Shown here: positions 1 through 9,028 of the stretch, piece by piece
How the letters are laid out: every line of letters starts with the position of its first letter
How positions within the stretch are numbered: the stretch's first letter is position 1
Assembly (NCBI GenBank): GCA_028289135.1
Contig: JAQGGW010000001.1
Span: forward strand, 142,018 to 182,837
Direction: 5' to 3'
From: Candidatus Saccharimonadota bacterium
GTDB lineage: Bacteria; Patescibacteriota; Saccharimonadia; Saccharimonadales; JACDBH01
Length of the DNA: 40,820 bases
The notes under the pieces: generated by a model
What the model saw: the letters and a program-made list of their open reading frames with translations, nothing else
What the model was told of the DNA's origin: nothing
Databases searched by the model: none
Made by a program: the position numbers and the translations under genes

Positions 1-2001
1 AGAATCCATGTGAAGCTGTTCAATTTCCTCAACCGTAACTTCTTCCGGCATGTTGACGGTCTTGCTGATCGCGCCGCTTAAGAATGGCTGCACTGCGGCC
101 ATCATCTTTACGTGTCCAGAGTAATGAATTGCGTTGTCGCCCATAGAACACGCAAAGACTGCTTCGTGGTCTTTCTTAAGGTGCGGCGCACCCAAGATGG
201 TCTTTTCGTCGTCGATGTACTTAACAATCTCGTCGGCTTGCTTTTTGGTATAGCCAAGAGTCTTTAGGGCACGTGGCACGGTCTGGTTTACGATGGTCAT
301 TGTGCCGCCGCCAACAAGCTTTTTAAACTTAACTAGTCCTAGGTCTGGTTCAATGCCAGTAGTGTCGCAGTCCATCATGAAACCAATCGTTCCAGTTGGA
401 GCCAAAACAGATGCCTGGGCGTTCCGAACGCCGTACAGCTCACCAAGCTCAACCGCGTCGTCCCAAGAGCTGGCAGCAGCGCTTAGCAGCTCTTCGGCCA
501 CCAAACTGGCGTCAATCTTAGAGACTTCTTCGCGGTGCATTTTTAGCACGTTCAACATGCCTTCGCGGTCTTTGTGGAAGCCAGCAAACGGACCAACTTG
601 GCGGGCCAAGCGGGCGGATGTTGCATAGGCCTGTCCTGTCATGAGCGCGGTGATCGAAGCGGCAATTGCCCGGCCTTCGTCACTGTCATACGGCAATCCC
701 ATGGCCATGAGTAACGCGCCTAGGTTTGCATAGCCAAGGCCAAGCTGGCGGTAAGCCTTGGTGTTTTTGGTGATGGCTTCGGTTGGGTATTCTGAGTAGC
801 CGACCAAGATTTCCTGGGCGGTAAAGATCACTTCAACGGTGTGCTTGAAAGACTCAATATCAAAGCTAAAGTCGTCGTTTAGGTAGTGCAATAGGTTGAT
901 TGAAGCCAAGTTACAAGCCGAGTTATCAAGATGCATATATTCGCTGCATGGGTTTGAGCCGTTGATGCGTCCAGCGTTTGGCGTGGTGTGCCACTTGTTA
1001 ACAGTGGTGTCGAACTGGAGTCCAGGGTCAGCGCATTCCCAAGCTGCTTCTGCAATTTGGCGCCACAAATCCCGGGCTTTAATTGTTCTAACAACCCGGC
1101 CGTTGGTCACGGCGCGGAGTTCGTAGTCTTCGTCGTTTTCGACGGCTTGCATAAACTCGTCGTCGACGCGTACAGAGTTGTTGGCGTTCTGATATTGAAC
1201 ACTAAAACTATCTTTTCCGTCCAAATCCATGTCAAAACCATTGTTTTTGAGCACCCAAGCTTTGCGCTCTTCTTTGGCTTTGCACCAGATAAACTCTTCA
1301 ACGTCCGGATGGCGGCTGTTCAAAATCACCATTTTAGCGGCGCGGCGGGTCTTGCCGCCGCTCTTAATAGCCCCAGCGGATGCATCAGCACCGCGCATAA
1401 AGCTTAGCGGCCCAGAAGCAGTACCAGCGCTCTTGCCAAGCTGTTCAAAGCTGGAGCGTATGGCGCTAATGTTAATGCCGCTTCCAGAACCGCCCTTAAA
1501 GATCATGCCTTCTTCGCGGTACCAGTTTAGGATCGCAGGCATTGTGTCTTCTACGGCCAAGATGAAACAAGCACTTGCCTGTTGCGTGCGCTCGTTGGCG
1601 CCAATGTTAAACCACACCGGGCTGTTAAACGCAGCGCGCTGTGAAGCTAAGATAAACTTGAGCTCTTCACGGAAATCTTCACCCTCGGTTTCGGTCTCGA
1701 AGTAGCCCTCTTGCATACCCTGGCGGGTAATTGTGTCAGCTACGCGGTCGATCAGATCTTTCAAAGATCCTTCACGGCCAGCATCACCTGGCGTGCCGGT
1801 AAAGTACTTTTGCGCCACAATATTAATGGCGTTCATTGACCAGGATTCTGGGAACTCCACCCCAAGCTGCTCAAAGACCGCTACTTTGGTCATTGGATTA
1901 ACGATAACAGAGTCGCGGCCCACCCATTTGAATGCGTCGTAACCTTTAGATTTAGGCTTTGTAAAGAGGCGTCGAACCCCTAGGCCTGTTGCTTGTGCCA
2001 T
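1..2001 (-). CDS. nrdJ: class II (adenosylcobalamin-dependent type) ribonucleotide reductase, first 667 codons; 3' end runs off the window
   Basis: Absent from the ORF track because no stop lies in the window. My translation of the minus strand from ATG 2001..1999 stays open to position 1. It reads MAQATGLGVRRLFTKPKSKGYDAFKW...ASACFILAVEDT...KGGSGSGINIS...GSNPCSEYMHLDNSACNLASINLL...QPFLSGAISKTVNMPEE, which are RNR catalytic-subunit motifs. The + strand ORFs 293..1942 are shadows. Confidence 0.85.
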   Translation of the reverse strand, partial: MAQATGLGVRRLFTKPKSKGYDAFKWVGRDSVIVNPMTKVAVFEQLGVEFPESWSMNAINIVAQKYFTGTPGDAGREGSLKDLIDRVADTITRQGMQEGYFETETEGEDFREELKFILASQRAAFNSPVWFNIGANERTQQASACFILAVEDTMPAILNWYREEGMIFKGGSGSGINISAIRSSFEQLGKSAGTASGPLSFMRGADASAGAIKSGGKTRRAAKMVILNSRHPDVEEFIWCKAKEERKAWVLKNNGFDMDLDGKDSFSVQYQNANNSVRVDDEFMQAVENDEDYELRAVTNGRVVRTIKARDLWRQIAEAAWECADPGLQFDTTVNKWHTTPNAGRINGSNPCSEYMHLDNSACNLASINLLHYLNDDFSFDIESFKHTVEVIFTAQEILVGYSEYPTEAITKNTKAYRQLGLGYANLGALLMAMGLPYDSDEGRAIAASITALMTGQAYATSARLARQVGPFAGFHKDREGMLNVLKMHREEVSKIDASLVAEELLSAAASSWDDAVELGELYGVRNAQASVLAPTGTIGFMMDCDTTGIEPDLGLVKFKKLVGGGTMTIVNQTVPRALKTLGYTKKQADEIVKYIDDEKTILGAPHLKKDHEAVFACSMGDNAIHYSGHVKMMAAVQPFLSGAISKTVNMPEEVTVEEIEQLHMDS

Positions 2002-2358
2002 AAACTACCCTCACTTATTTTGTTATTTTTTAAATTGTTTTTGTCTTAGAGTTTCTCGCCCATCACCGGTCTCTAGTCGGTAACAAACAAGCCTGCTCTC
2101 CTCTAGCCTCTACATCGTACTCGTCTCCCGCAGGTTTGCCAAGTCCCTTGAACTTTTACGGTGGGCTAAAAACTCTTTTTTTGCTGTCAAAGTAGCGATT
2201 ACTACTCCTCCAGCAAAGAAAAGTGTTTTTATCTCCTCCGTATTAAGCTCAGAGGAACCTGACAAACCTGCATGAGACGAGCTACAAGCTAATGGGGAGC
2301 CGTCAACCCCTTCTCCACTCTAGTGGGGTTAACGCGCTCTAAGCACTCAGATTCTTCT

Positions 2359-2847
2359 TTAGTGAACAAGAGCTTTCTCGTCCTTCGCTGGTTCTCGCAG
2401 ATCCTTTACTACACTCAGTTCGCGCTCAAAGCCCGCAATGTCCTTGAAGCGCCTATAGACGCTCGCGAAACGGACATATGCCACTTCATTGAGCCCTGCC
2501 AGTTCGTCCATCGCGTATTGCCCAATTTGCTGGGTCGGGATGTCAGTCTCGCCGCAGCCATACAGCTTGTCTTCAATCCGTGTTACGAGCTGCTCCAACT
2601 GGACGCTGGTAACCGGAGTTTTCTGGCACGCCCGGTAAAGGCCAGCTAGCAATTTCTCACGGTCAAACAGCTCACGGGTGCCATCGTTCTTAACAACGAT
2701 CAACTGGGGCCGTTCAATGCGTTCGTAGGTAGTAAAGCGATGTCCACACGAGATGCATTCACGGCGGCGGCGGATTGCTTTTCCGTCTGCCACATCACGC
2801 GATTCGACAACCTTAGAGTCATCAAATCCACATTGACTACACTTCAT
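2359..2847 (-). CDS. nrdR: transcriptional repressor NrdR (zinc ribbon plus ATP-cone)
   Basis: MKCSQCGFDDSKVVESRD...RRRRECISCGHRFTTYERIE zinc ribbon followed by an ATP-cone-like region. It sits directly upstream of nrdJ. Confidence 0.9.
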   Translation of the reverse strand: MKCSQCGFDDSKVVESRDVADGKAIRRRRECISCGHRFTTYERIERPQLIVVKNDGTRELFDREKLLAGLYRACQKTPVTSVQLEQLVTRIEDKLYGCGETDIPTQQIGQYAMDELAGLNEVAYVRFASVYRRFKDIAGFERELSVVKDLREPAKDEKALVH

Positions 2848-3123
2848 ATTTCCTCACTTAATTTTAGTTTGAATGTACTACCCCTGATGGCCCCTATGAC
2901 CACATATGGTGTATGTGCTAATGATAATACCCCCACCACTAGCGCTTTACAAGAAAAATCTAATGTAAAATTAACATGCAGCATAAGCTGTTTAACAGAG
3001 GTGAAAATATGTAAAATGTTATTCTCCTAGGAGTTTTGATATAGCAATTTATCCGCTGGAGACAGTTTTACGCTACTAAATTGCCATACCAAAACTCCCA
3101 CGCACCCTCACTTCGGGATAAAG

Positions 3124-3147
3124 AAAAAGCCCCTTTCGGGCTTTTTT
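3124..3147 (-). terminator. rho-independent terminator hairpin with A/T runs on both sides (bidirectional)
   Basis: aaaaagccc-ctttc-gggcttttt lies just past the stop of the 3169..3702 gene. Confidence 0.7.
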
Positions 3148-3168
3148 AAAGATTAGATACCTAAAGGA

Positions 3169-3702
3169 TTAATAACCTAATTTACTAGGATCGTGATCGT
3201 GGTTTAGGAAAGCTTCAGCTATTTCAGTAATTTGAGCGCGGTGGTTCCGAAGGTCTTGCACCCTGAAATTATCTTGGATGCCAATACCTATATCTATGCC
3301 TTCTGGTTTCCGCTTATGACCAATAAATAGCTGGCCAATCTTTGTTGAGCCTACTGCTTGGTGCCGCCTATAAATTTGTAGCTGCCTAGCTTCACCTGCT
3401 GCTGCATCCACCTCGTCAAATGTCATAAATAAACGTTCTGGCATTACAAGCCTTTGGCCATGTTCGCCAACTCCCTCCTCCAAGATAACATCACAAGTTA
3501 AACCCGGTGCCCAGGATGGCAGGCCCATTACTGGGTGTCTATCGTTCAACATTTTTTCTAGAGCGGTTCCGTCCGTATCGCCAACCGTTTCACGGATAAT
3601 CTCGTTTATCGTAACTAAACGGCCGTACGCATTAAAAGATCCGCTCAAAACTTCTTCCATGTTTGGATAAATATCAAATTCGGGTTGTTCTGGATGTGCC
3701 AT
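3169..3702 (-). CDS. hypothetical protein (177 aa)
   Basis: Long ORF with its own TTGACG-N17-TATAAT promoter, a GGAG SD and a downstream terminator. No motif recognised. Confidence 0.7.
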   Translation of the reverse strand: MAHPEQPEFDIYPNMEEVLSGSFNAYGRLVTINEIIRETVGDTDGTALEKMLNDRHPVMGLPSWAPGLTCDVILEEGVGEHGQRLVMPERLFMTFDEVDAAAGEARQLQIYRRHQAVGSTKIGQLFIGHKRKPEGIDIGIGIQDNFRVQDLRNHRAQITEIAEAFLNHDHDPSKLGY

Positions 3703-3734
3703 TAAAACTCCTGAAATTTACTAAATTTAGCTAT

Positions 3735-3763
3735 ATTATACTCTTAAAATAGCTTTTCGTCAA
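3735..3763 (-). promoter_or_regulatory. sigma70-type promoter (-35 TTGACG, 17 nt, -10 TATAAT)
   Basis: On the + strand these read cgtcaa 3758..3763 and attata 3735..3740. The leader of about 33 nt carries GGAG before ATG 3702. Confidence 0.6.
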
Positions 3764-3775
3764 ATTCTTAGCTAT

Positions 3776-5119
3776 CTATTTCTTGTCGTCGTTGGATTTG
3801 CGCTTGAGGCGGCGGAGGAAAGATGGCTTTTCGAGGTCTTCTTCTTCTTTTTTGTCCATGGAGCCAAAGAAGCTGGTCGATGGTTCTTTGTCTTTGAGGG
3901 CGTTTTTGACTTCTTTTTCGTCCTCGTCTTCTGATTCGTCGGCGTCGGGCATGTGCCAGATGCTTGGACCGGTGTCTTCTTTGTGGAATTCTTCGGCCAT
4001 TTCTTCGTTGGTTGGGCGTTCGATATCCATGTCGATGTCTTTAACGTCTTCGTCGTCATCGGTGGCTGGGCTGCTGTAACTGCTTGGCAATCCCGTGCTA
4101 TCGTCATTGTCGTCGGTACTAAGCGCGCTAGGGATAACCGCTGCTTTGCTGCGGTCCTGGAAATAGGCGGCGTCAAAGCCGGTCGCGACCACGGTAATGA
4201 TCATTTCGCCCTGGAGGTCTGGGTTAATTGTGGCGCCAAAGATGATGTTGGCATCTGGGTCGGCGGCTGCGGTAATGGCTTCGGCAGCAGTGTTAATCTC
4301 GTGCATAGTCATGTCGTCGCCGCCGATGATGTTAAACAAGATTCCGCGGGCGCCATCGATGGAAACTTCCAAGAGTGGTGATTCGATCGACTGCTGAGCG
4401 GCCTGGACAGCACGGTCTTCACCGCTGGCGCGGCCGATGCCCATAAGCGCGGAGCCTGCGTTGGTCATAACGGTTTTAACATCGGCAAAGTCGAGGTTAA
4501 TTAGGCCGTTGACGGTAATTAGGTCAGAGATGCCCTGCACGCCTTGGCGCAAAACATCATCGGCAACCTTAAAGGCTTCAAGCAATGGGGTGTGGCGGTC
4601 GATGGTTTGGAGCAAGCGGTCATTTGGGATGGTAATAAGCGTGTCAACAGAGCGGCGAAGTGATTCGATGGCGATGTCGGCATTGCGGCGGCGTTTGACG
4701 CCTTCGAACGCGAACGGCTTGGTGGCAAAACCAACAACCAGCGCGCCGGTTGCTTTGGCCATCTCGGCCACCACAGGGCCTGCTCCTGAGCCGGTACCGC
4801 CGCCAGCGCCCAATGTTACGAAAATCATATCCGCGCCCTGGAGAGCCTTCGAGATTTCGTCTTTTGATTCTTCGGCGGCTTTTTTGCCTACCAGCGGTTC
4901 GGCGCCGGCGCCAAGACCGCGGGTTGAGTCGTTGCCAATGTGGAGTTTGGTAGGAGCCAACGAGTGGTGCAATGCCTGCGCATCGGTGTTAATTGCGATA
5001 AAATCAACGCCTCCCACACCAGATTCCATCATCCGGTTAATTGCCGCACCGCCGGCACCGCCGACACCAACAACTAAGATCCGGGCAAATGTTTCGATAT
5101 CGGGTGTGACCTGTGGCAT
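3776..5119 (-). CDS. ftsZ: cell division protein FtsZ with a long acidic/lysine-rich C-terminal tail
   Basis: GGGTGSG tubulin signature, [16 protein letters not shown]-terminus, and AAGGAG SD upstream. Confidence 0.95.
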   Translation of the reverse strand: MPQVTPDIETFARILVVGVGGAGGAAINRMMESGVGGVDFIAINTDAQALHHSLAPTKLHIGNDSTRGLGAGAEPLVGKKAAEESKDEISKALQGADMIFVTLGAGGGTGSGAGPVVAEMAKATGALVVGFATKPFAFEGVKRRRNADIAIESLRRSVDTLITIPNDRLLQTIDRHTPLLEAFKVADDVLRQGVQGISDLITVNGLINLDFADVKTVMTNAGSALMGIGRASGEDRAVQAAQQSIESPLLEVSIDGARGILFNIIGGDDMTMHEINTAAEAITAAADPDANIIFGATINPDLQGEMIITVVATGFDAAYFQDRSKAAVIPSALSTDDNDDSTGLPSSYSSPATDDDEDVKDIDMDIERPTNEEMAEEFHKEDTGPSIWHMPDADESEDEDEKEVKNALKDKEPSTSFFGSMDKKEEEDLEKPSFLRRLKRKSNDDKK

Positions 5120-5209
5120 ACGCTTAACTCCTTATTCAGTACTTGGATTATAGAACAAATAAAAGATCCCCACAACAGTGAGGTGTAATAAAAACTATTT
5201 CAGAGCCTT

Positions 5210-6454
5210 TTAGCGTTTTTTGCGGAAGCGTTTGAATACATTAGTTGCGGCTGCCGTTAGGTTTCCGGCCATATCCGCCCCTGTTGAGTGTGAATCAGTA
5301 TTTTGTCCAAGCAGCATGTCGAGCCACATCAGGCCAATTGCCGTAACATATGGTTCGTCCTCAATTGCGTCCACCAAGCCACCGAGCGGCAACAAAACTC
5401 CGAGTCTTGCAGGCAGTTGGAGGGTTTCGCGGGTCAACTCGGCCAGTCCTGGCAGCTTTGAAGTCCCGCCAGTCAGCACCACCCCGCCCGGAAGCTTGCG
5501 TGACTTCTGGATTTTCTTTAGTTCTTTGTCGACGTATTCCAATAGCTCTTCGATCCGGGCCTCTAAGATCATATGGATATCACCCTGGTTAAACAAATAC
5601 TCGCGGCCGTCGTGCTTAACCTTAATTTGCCTATTAATCTTGGCCGAGGTTTTAACTGATCCAAACTGCAGCTTGGCGGCTTCGGCCACGTCCAGGTCTG
5701 TCCGCAGGCCAATCGCCAGGTCGTTGGTTAGGTGTACGCCGCCAATTGGCAGGACGGCCACGTGCTGGACTTCCCCGTCTTCGAACACCACCAGGCTGGT
5801 TGTCCCAGCGCCAATGTCCAGCAGCACTGTGCCGGATTCTTTTTGCTGGCGGGTCAAAACAGCTTCGGCGGCGGCCAGGCTAGCAACAGTGTAGTGGCTG
5901 GCGTGGACGCCGGCTTTATCAAGCGTGGTTGTCAGGCTCTTTAGGCTTGGGGTTGCGGCGGTAATAATATGGGTGTCAACCTCTAGGCGGACGCCGTTCA
6001 TACCAACAGGGTCTTTAATATTATCCTGGCCGTCCAGGCGGTAATTCTTGGCAAAAACTTGGATAATGTCGCGGTTTGGCGGCAGCTGGATGATGGTCGC
6101 GGCTTCTTCAACCCGCATCCGGTCTTCAACGCTTATTTCGCGGTTGGCGGCCGAGATGGCAATGACGCCGCGGGAATTTACGCCCGCAACATGCGATCCG
6201 CCGACGTTAACCGTAGCGGTTGTTATACGCATGCCGCTGAGTCGTTCGGCTTCGTTTATAGACTGGGCAATTGCCTGGGCAACGTCGTCTATGTGGCTAA
6301 TAACACCTTTGCGCATGCCGCTGTTTATGGCCGAACCATAGCCAACAACCGAAGGCGCGGTGGCCTCGGGGCTGTCAAACATACCAATTACGCAGCGGAC
6401 GGTGCTGGTGCCAATATCGATGCCGACAAAGTGCGGGAATTCGGAAGATTTCAT
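5210..6454 (-). CDS. ftsA: cell division protein FtsA (actin-like ATPase)
   Basis: VGIDIGTSTVRCVIG and LLDIGAGTTSLVVF phosphate-binding motifs. It lies directly upstream of ftsZ. Confidence 0.9.
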   Translation of the reverse strand: MKSSEFPHFVGIDIGTSTVRCVIGMFDSPEATAPSVVGYGSAINSGMRKGVISHIDDVAQAIAQSINEAERLSGMRITTATVNVGGSHVAGVNSRGVIAISAANREISVEDRMRVEEAATIIQLPPNRDIIQVFAKNYRLDGQDNIKDPVGMNGVRLEVDTHIITAATPSLKSLTTTLDKAGVHASHYTVASLAAAEAVLTRQQKESGTVLLDIGAGTTSLVVFEDGEVQHVAVLPIGGVHLTNDLAIGLRTDLDVAEAAKLQFGSVKTSAKINRQIKVKHDGREYLFNQGDIHMILEARIEELLEYVDKELKKIQKSRKLPGGVVLTGGTSKLPGLAELTRETLQLPARLGVLLPLGGLVDAIEDEPYVTAIGLMWLDMLLGQNTDSHSTGADMAGNLTAAATNVFKRFRKKR

Positions 6455-6533
6455 TATAGAGTGCGCTTTCTAGTGTGCATATGAGTGTCAGTATAACCCT
6501 TATGGTCGTTCTTTTTCAAATTAGAGCACAAAT

Positions 6534-6812
6534 TTACCGACTTCGGCCGCGTGAGCTGTTGGATTGTTGCTGGCTGGCGCGGATATTTAACGCCTGTCTA
6601 TCTGCGGCTTCTCTCTGCAAACGACGTTGCAACCAGTCATCGTTCCCTGGCCTTGGCATTTCTACGTGAATACTTGCTGTAGCTTGTGAAACTAAAACAT
6701 CTGGAACAACTGGCTGCACCGCAATAACATCGGATGCACCAGCTATTGCTACACAGCCAGCAAGATTACCTACAACCTGGGCAGTTTCTCCTGCCCTTGG
6801 CATTTCGTTCAT
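6534..6812 (-). CDS. small hypothetical protein (92 aa) in the position usually held by ftsQ
   Basis: It is the only sizeable ORF in the 376-nt gap between map and ftsA and is co-oriented with them. No motif and a weak SD. Confidence 0.35.
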   Translation of the reverse strand: MNEMPRAGETAQVVGNLAGCVAIAGASDVIAVQPVVPDVLVSQATASIHVEMPRPGNDDWLQRRLQREAADRQALNIRASQQQSNSSRGRSR

Positions 6813-6830
6813 AACCCCACTATACCACTT

Positions 6831-7583
6831 TTAAATCTGGGTGAGTATTTCGGAGCCTTTTTCGGTAATGAGAATGGTATGCTCAAAATGCGCTGCCAAA
6901 GAGTGGTCAGCGGTGCGGATTGTCCAGCCGTCGCTGTCCTGCGTCACGTGATGTCCGCCTAATGTTGCCATCGGCTCAATCGCAATCGTCATGCCGGCCT
7001 TTAATACATCCCCAGATCCAGCGTGGCCATAATTTGGGATGTTAGGATCTTCGTGCAGCATGTGGCCAACGCCGTGCCCAACCAAGTCGCGCACAATCCC
7101 GTAGCCGCCTTCGTCCAAAACTTTTTGAATAGCCGCGGCCACATCACCAATCCGTACGCCGGCTTTTAGCTTATCAATCCCCGCCATCAGTGACCGTTCG
7201 GTAGTATTTAATAGTTTCTGAAGCTTAGGATCAGCCGGTCCAACGATAAAACTGAGCGCCGCGTCCGTTACCATGCCCTTCCAGGTCACGCCAAAATCAA
7301 TGCTCACAATATCGCCGTCTTCCAAGATGTTCAACTTGCTCGGGATCCCATGCACAACTTCGTCATTAACCGATACGCACAAAACGTCCGGAAATCCCTG
7401 GTAGCCCAAAAAAGACGGCGCACCGCCTAAAGTTTTTAGTTCAGCCGCTGCCCTGTCCGCCAAATCCTGCGTGCTCATGCCCTTTACCGCCCGGTTTTTA
7501 ACGTGCTGCAAAACGGTCGCGAGCATCTTGCCCGCCACGCGCATACTTTCGATTTCCTCTGGGGTTTTAACTTTCGTATACAT
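6831..7583 (-). CDS. map: methionine aminopeptidase type I
   Basis: MYTKVKTPEEIESMRVAGK...VHGIP...DFG...GHGVGHMLHEDP...IEP...HFEHT metal-ligand pattern. I chose ATG 7583, immediately after the adk stop, rather than the ORF-track start 7631. Confidence 0.9.
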   Translation of the reverse strand: MYTKVKTPEEIESMRVAGKMLATVLQHVKNRAVKGMSTQDLADRAAAELKTLGGAPSFLGYQGFPDVLCVSVNDEVVHGIPSKLNILEDGDIVSIDFGVTWKGMVTDAALSFIVGPADPKLQKLLNTTERSLMAGIDKLKAGVRIGDVAAAIQKVLDEGGYGIVRDLVGHGVGHMLHEDPNIPNYGHAGSGDVLKAGMTIAIEPMATLGGHHVTQDSDGWTIRTADHSLAAHFEHTILITEKGSEILTQI

Positions 7584-7584
7584 G

Positions 7585-8121
7585 TTAAGCGTGCTTAAAA
7601 GCGGCCACAACTTCGGCATGGACAGCTTCAACCGGCTGGTCGCCGTTAATCTTAGTCACTGGCATATTAGCTTGTTTTAAGTGTTCTAACACTGGTAATG
7701 CATCTTTTTCATATTCTCTAAAGCGTCCTTCGATTGCCGAGTCATGGTCGTCTGGACGAGCGCGGTCGAGAAGGCGTGCTTTGACGGCTTCGCGCGAAAT
7801 ATTAAACTCCAGCACCCGCTCAATCTTAAACCTGCCTTGTTTTTCTTGTTCCAGCAGCCAATCTGCTTGTGAAATCCGGCGCGGGTAGCCGTCTAAGATC
7901 ACGGCGTTTTGGTCTGGCAGTTCGCTAAGGGCTTTGTCTAGCAGTGCTGTAACTTCTTCATCGCCCAAAAATATACCAGTTTTCATACGCGCATGCTGTT
8001 CTTCTGAACCATAGGTCCGCAAAAGTTCACCGGTCGAAATAACCTTCAGGCCCATTTCTTTTGCCAACAATGCGCCTTGGGTCCCTTTGCCAGCACCCGA
8101 AATTCCCATCAAAATAATCAT
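7585..8121 (-). CDS. adk: adenylate kinase (short form without a zinc lid)
   Basis: MIILMGISGAGKGTQ P-loop and ILDGYPRR motif, 178 aa. Confidence 0.9.
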   Translation of the reverse strand: MIILMGISGAGKGTQGALLAKEMGLKVISTGELLRTYGSEEQHARMKTGIFLGDEEVTALLDKALSELPDQNAVILDGYPRRISQADWLLEQEKQGRFKIERVLEFNISREAVKARLLDRARPDDHDSAIEGRFREYEKDALPVLEHLKQANMPVTKINGDQPVEAVHAEVVAAFKHA

Positions 8122-8576
8122 TACGCGGCCAGCCTTTGCTTGACCATTTGGGCAATCCGTCCGCCGTCGGCGCTGGCGCCAGCCCGGCTTTTAACTAGCC
8201 CGATAACCTTGCCCATGTCCTGCATCGTGGCGGCGCCAGTTTCTGTCACGGCCGCTTCAACCAAGTTCTTTAACGCTTCGTCGTCCATTTGCGCTGGTAA
8301 GTATTTTTCAATCACTTGCTTTTCCAGGCTTTCGGCCGCGGCTTTGTCCGGGCTGTTACCTTGGGTATACATGTCGGCGCTTTCTTGGCGCTTTTTGGCT
8401 TCTTTACCTAAGATGTTTGTTACTTCTTCGTCTGAAAGGCCTGTGTCGCGCTTATTTTCAGAAATCTCGACATTTAGGATTGCACTTTTAAGCCCACGTA
8501 AAGTCGTGGTTAACACCTTATCGCCGCCAAGCATGGCGGTTTTTAAATCTGCATCAATCTGTTGTTTTATAGTCAT
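8121..8576 (-). CDS. yqeY: GatB/YqeY domain protein
   Basis: MTIKQQIDADLKTAMLGGDK...LRGLKSAI...YLPAQM pattern typical of YqeY. Its stop overlaps the adk start (TAATG). ATG 8576 is preferred over TTG 8585. Confidence 0.8.
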   Translation of the reverse strand: MTIKQQIDADLKTAMLGGDKVLTTTLRGLKSAILNVEISENKRDTGLSDEEVTNILGKEAKKRQESADMYTQGNSPDKAAAESLEKQVIEKYLPAQMDDEALKNLVEAAVTETGAATMQDMGKVIGLVKSRAGASADGGRIAQMVKQRLAA

Positions 8577-8643
8577 TTCAATCAAAGTGTACCAGAGAAG
8601 TTAAAATTTACCGAAACATTCACCTTTGTCGGACTAAAAAGTT

Positions 8644-8752
8644 CCAGTTTGAGTGCAGTTTGGCGATAGGAATGAGGAACGTAAGCGAGATGTACAGATT
8701 AGTACATTAAGCGCGTACCGGAGTTTCTATCGTCAAAATGTGCCAAACTGGG
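8644..8752 (-). ncRNA. structured imperfect-palindrome element, copy 1 (related to 20530..20638)
   Basis: Outer arms are ccagtttggc and gccaaactgg; the apical hairpin is atgtac-agatta-gtacat. It shares ordered blocks AGTGCAGT, AAGCGAG, GTAC-N6-GTAC, CGGAG and AATGTGC with copy 2. It starts 10 nt after the rpsU stop. Strand is uncertain. Confidence 0.35.
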
Positions 8753-8762
8753 GCTTTTTACG

Positions 8763-8978
8763 CTATTTCTTGCCCATCTTTAAGTTCTTAACCTTGATGG
8801 CTTTGCGCTCGCGACGGATGATCGCCTTAATACGGCGTTCGCGCTTGCTGAGTTCCTTTTCGAAATACTGGCCGTTTTTGACGGTCATAATAACACCGGC
8901 GCTCTGCACCTTGCGGCTAAAGCGGCGGAGTAAGTTCTCGATTGGTTCTTTGCTGTCTTTACGTGTAACTGAAATCAT
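8763..8978 (-). CDS. rpsU: 30S ribosomal protein S21
   Basis: MISVTRKDSKEPIENLLRRFSRKVQSAGV...KRERR basic 71-aa protein. Confidence 0.9.
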   Translation of the reverse strand: MISVTRKDSKEPIENLLRRFSRKVQSAGVIMTVKNGQYFEKELSKRERRIKAIIRRERKAIKVKNLKMGKK

Positions 8979-9028
8979 AAATAATATTCTACCTTAACAG
9001 AGATAATTAAGCAAGGCCTAGCTTTGGC

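Noticed and set aside
293-1942. Several + strand ORFs (111-158 aa) on the ORF track
   Set aside because: All lie antisense to, or in shadow frames of, the continuous minus-strand nrdJ reading frame, which has clear RNR motifs. They show low-complexity Ser/Ala/Pro composition typical of shadow ORFs.
2002-2358. Cobalamin or purine/2'-dG riboswitch in the nrdJ leader
   Set aside because: I found neither the B12-box/GCCACTG core nor the purine-riboswitch junction motifs. The only resemblances are short (AGACCGG, ACCGTAAA), so it is kept only as an unassigned structured leader.
2895-2945. NrdR boxes in the nrdR promoter region (cacatatggtgtatgtg, ccaccactag) and CCACTCTAGTGG at about 2316
   Set aside because: These are imperfect palindromes that do not fit the 16-bp NrdR-box consensus well as I remember it, and I cannot score them without a matrix.
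3772-5153. Alternative-frame and antisense ORFs overlapping ftsZ (for example 3772..4176 and 4437..5153)
   Set aside because: FtsZ is unambiguous in its own frame. The others are compositionally biased shadows.
6475-6669. + strand 64-aa ORF between ftsA and map
   Set aside because: It is antisense to the co-oriented 6534..6812 ORF and lacks promoter or SD support.
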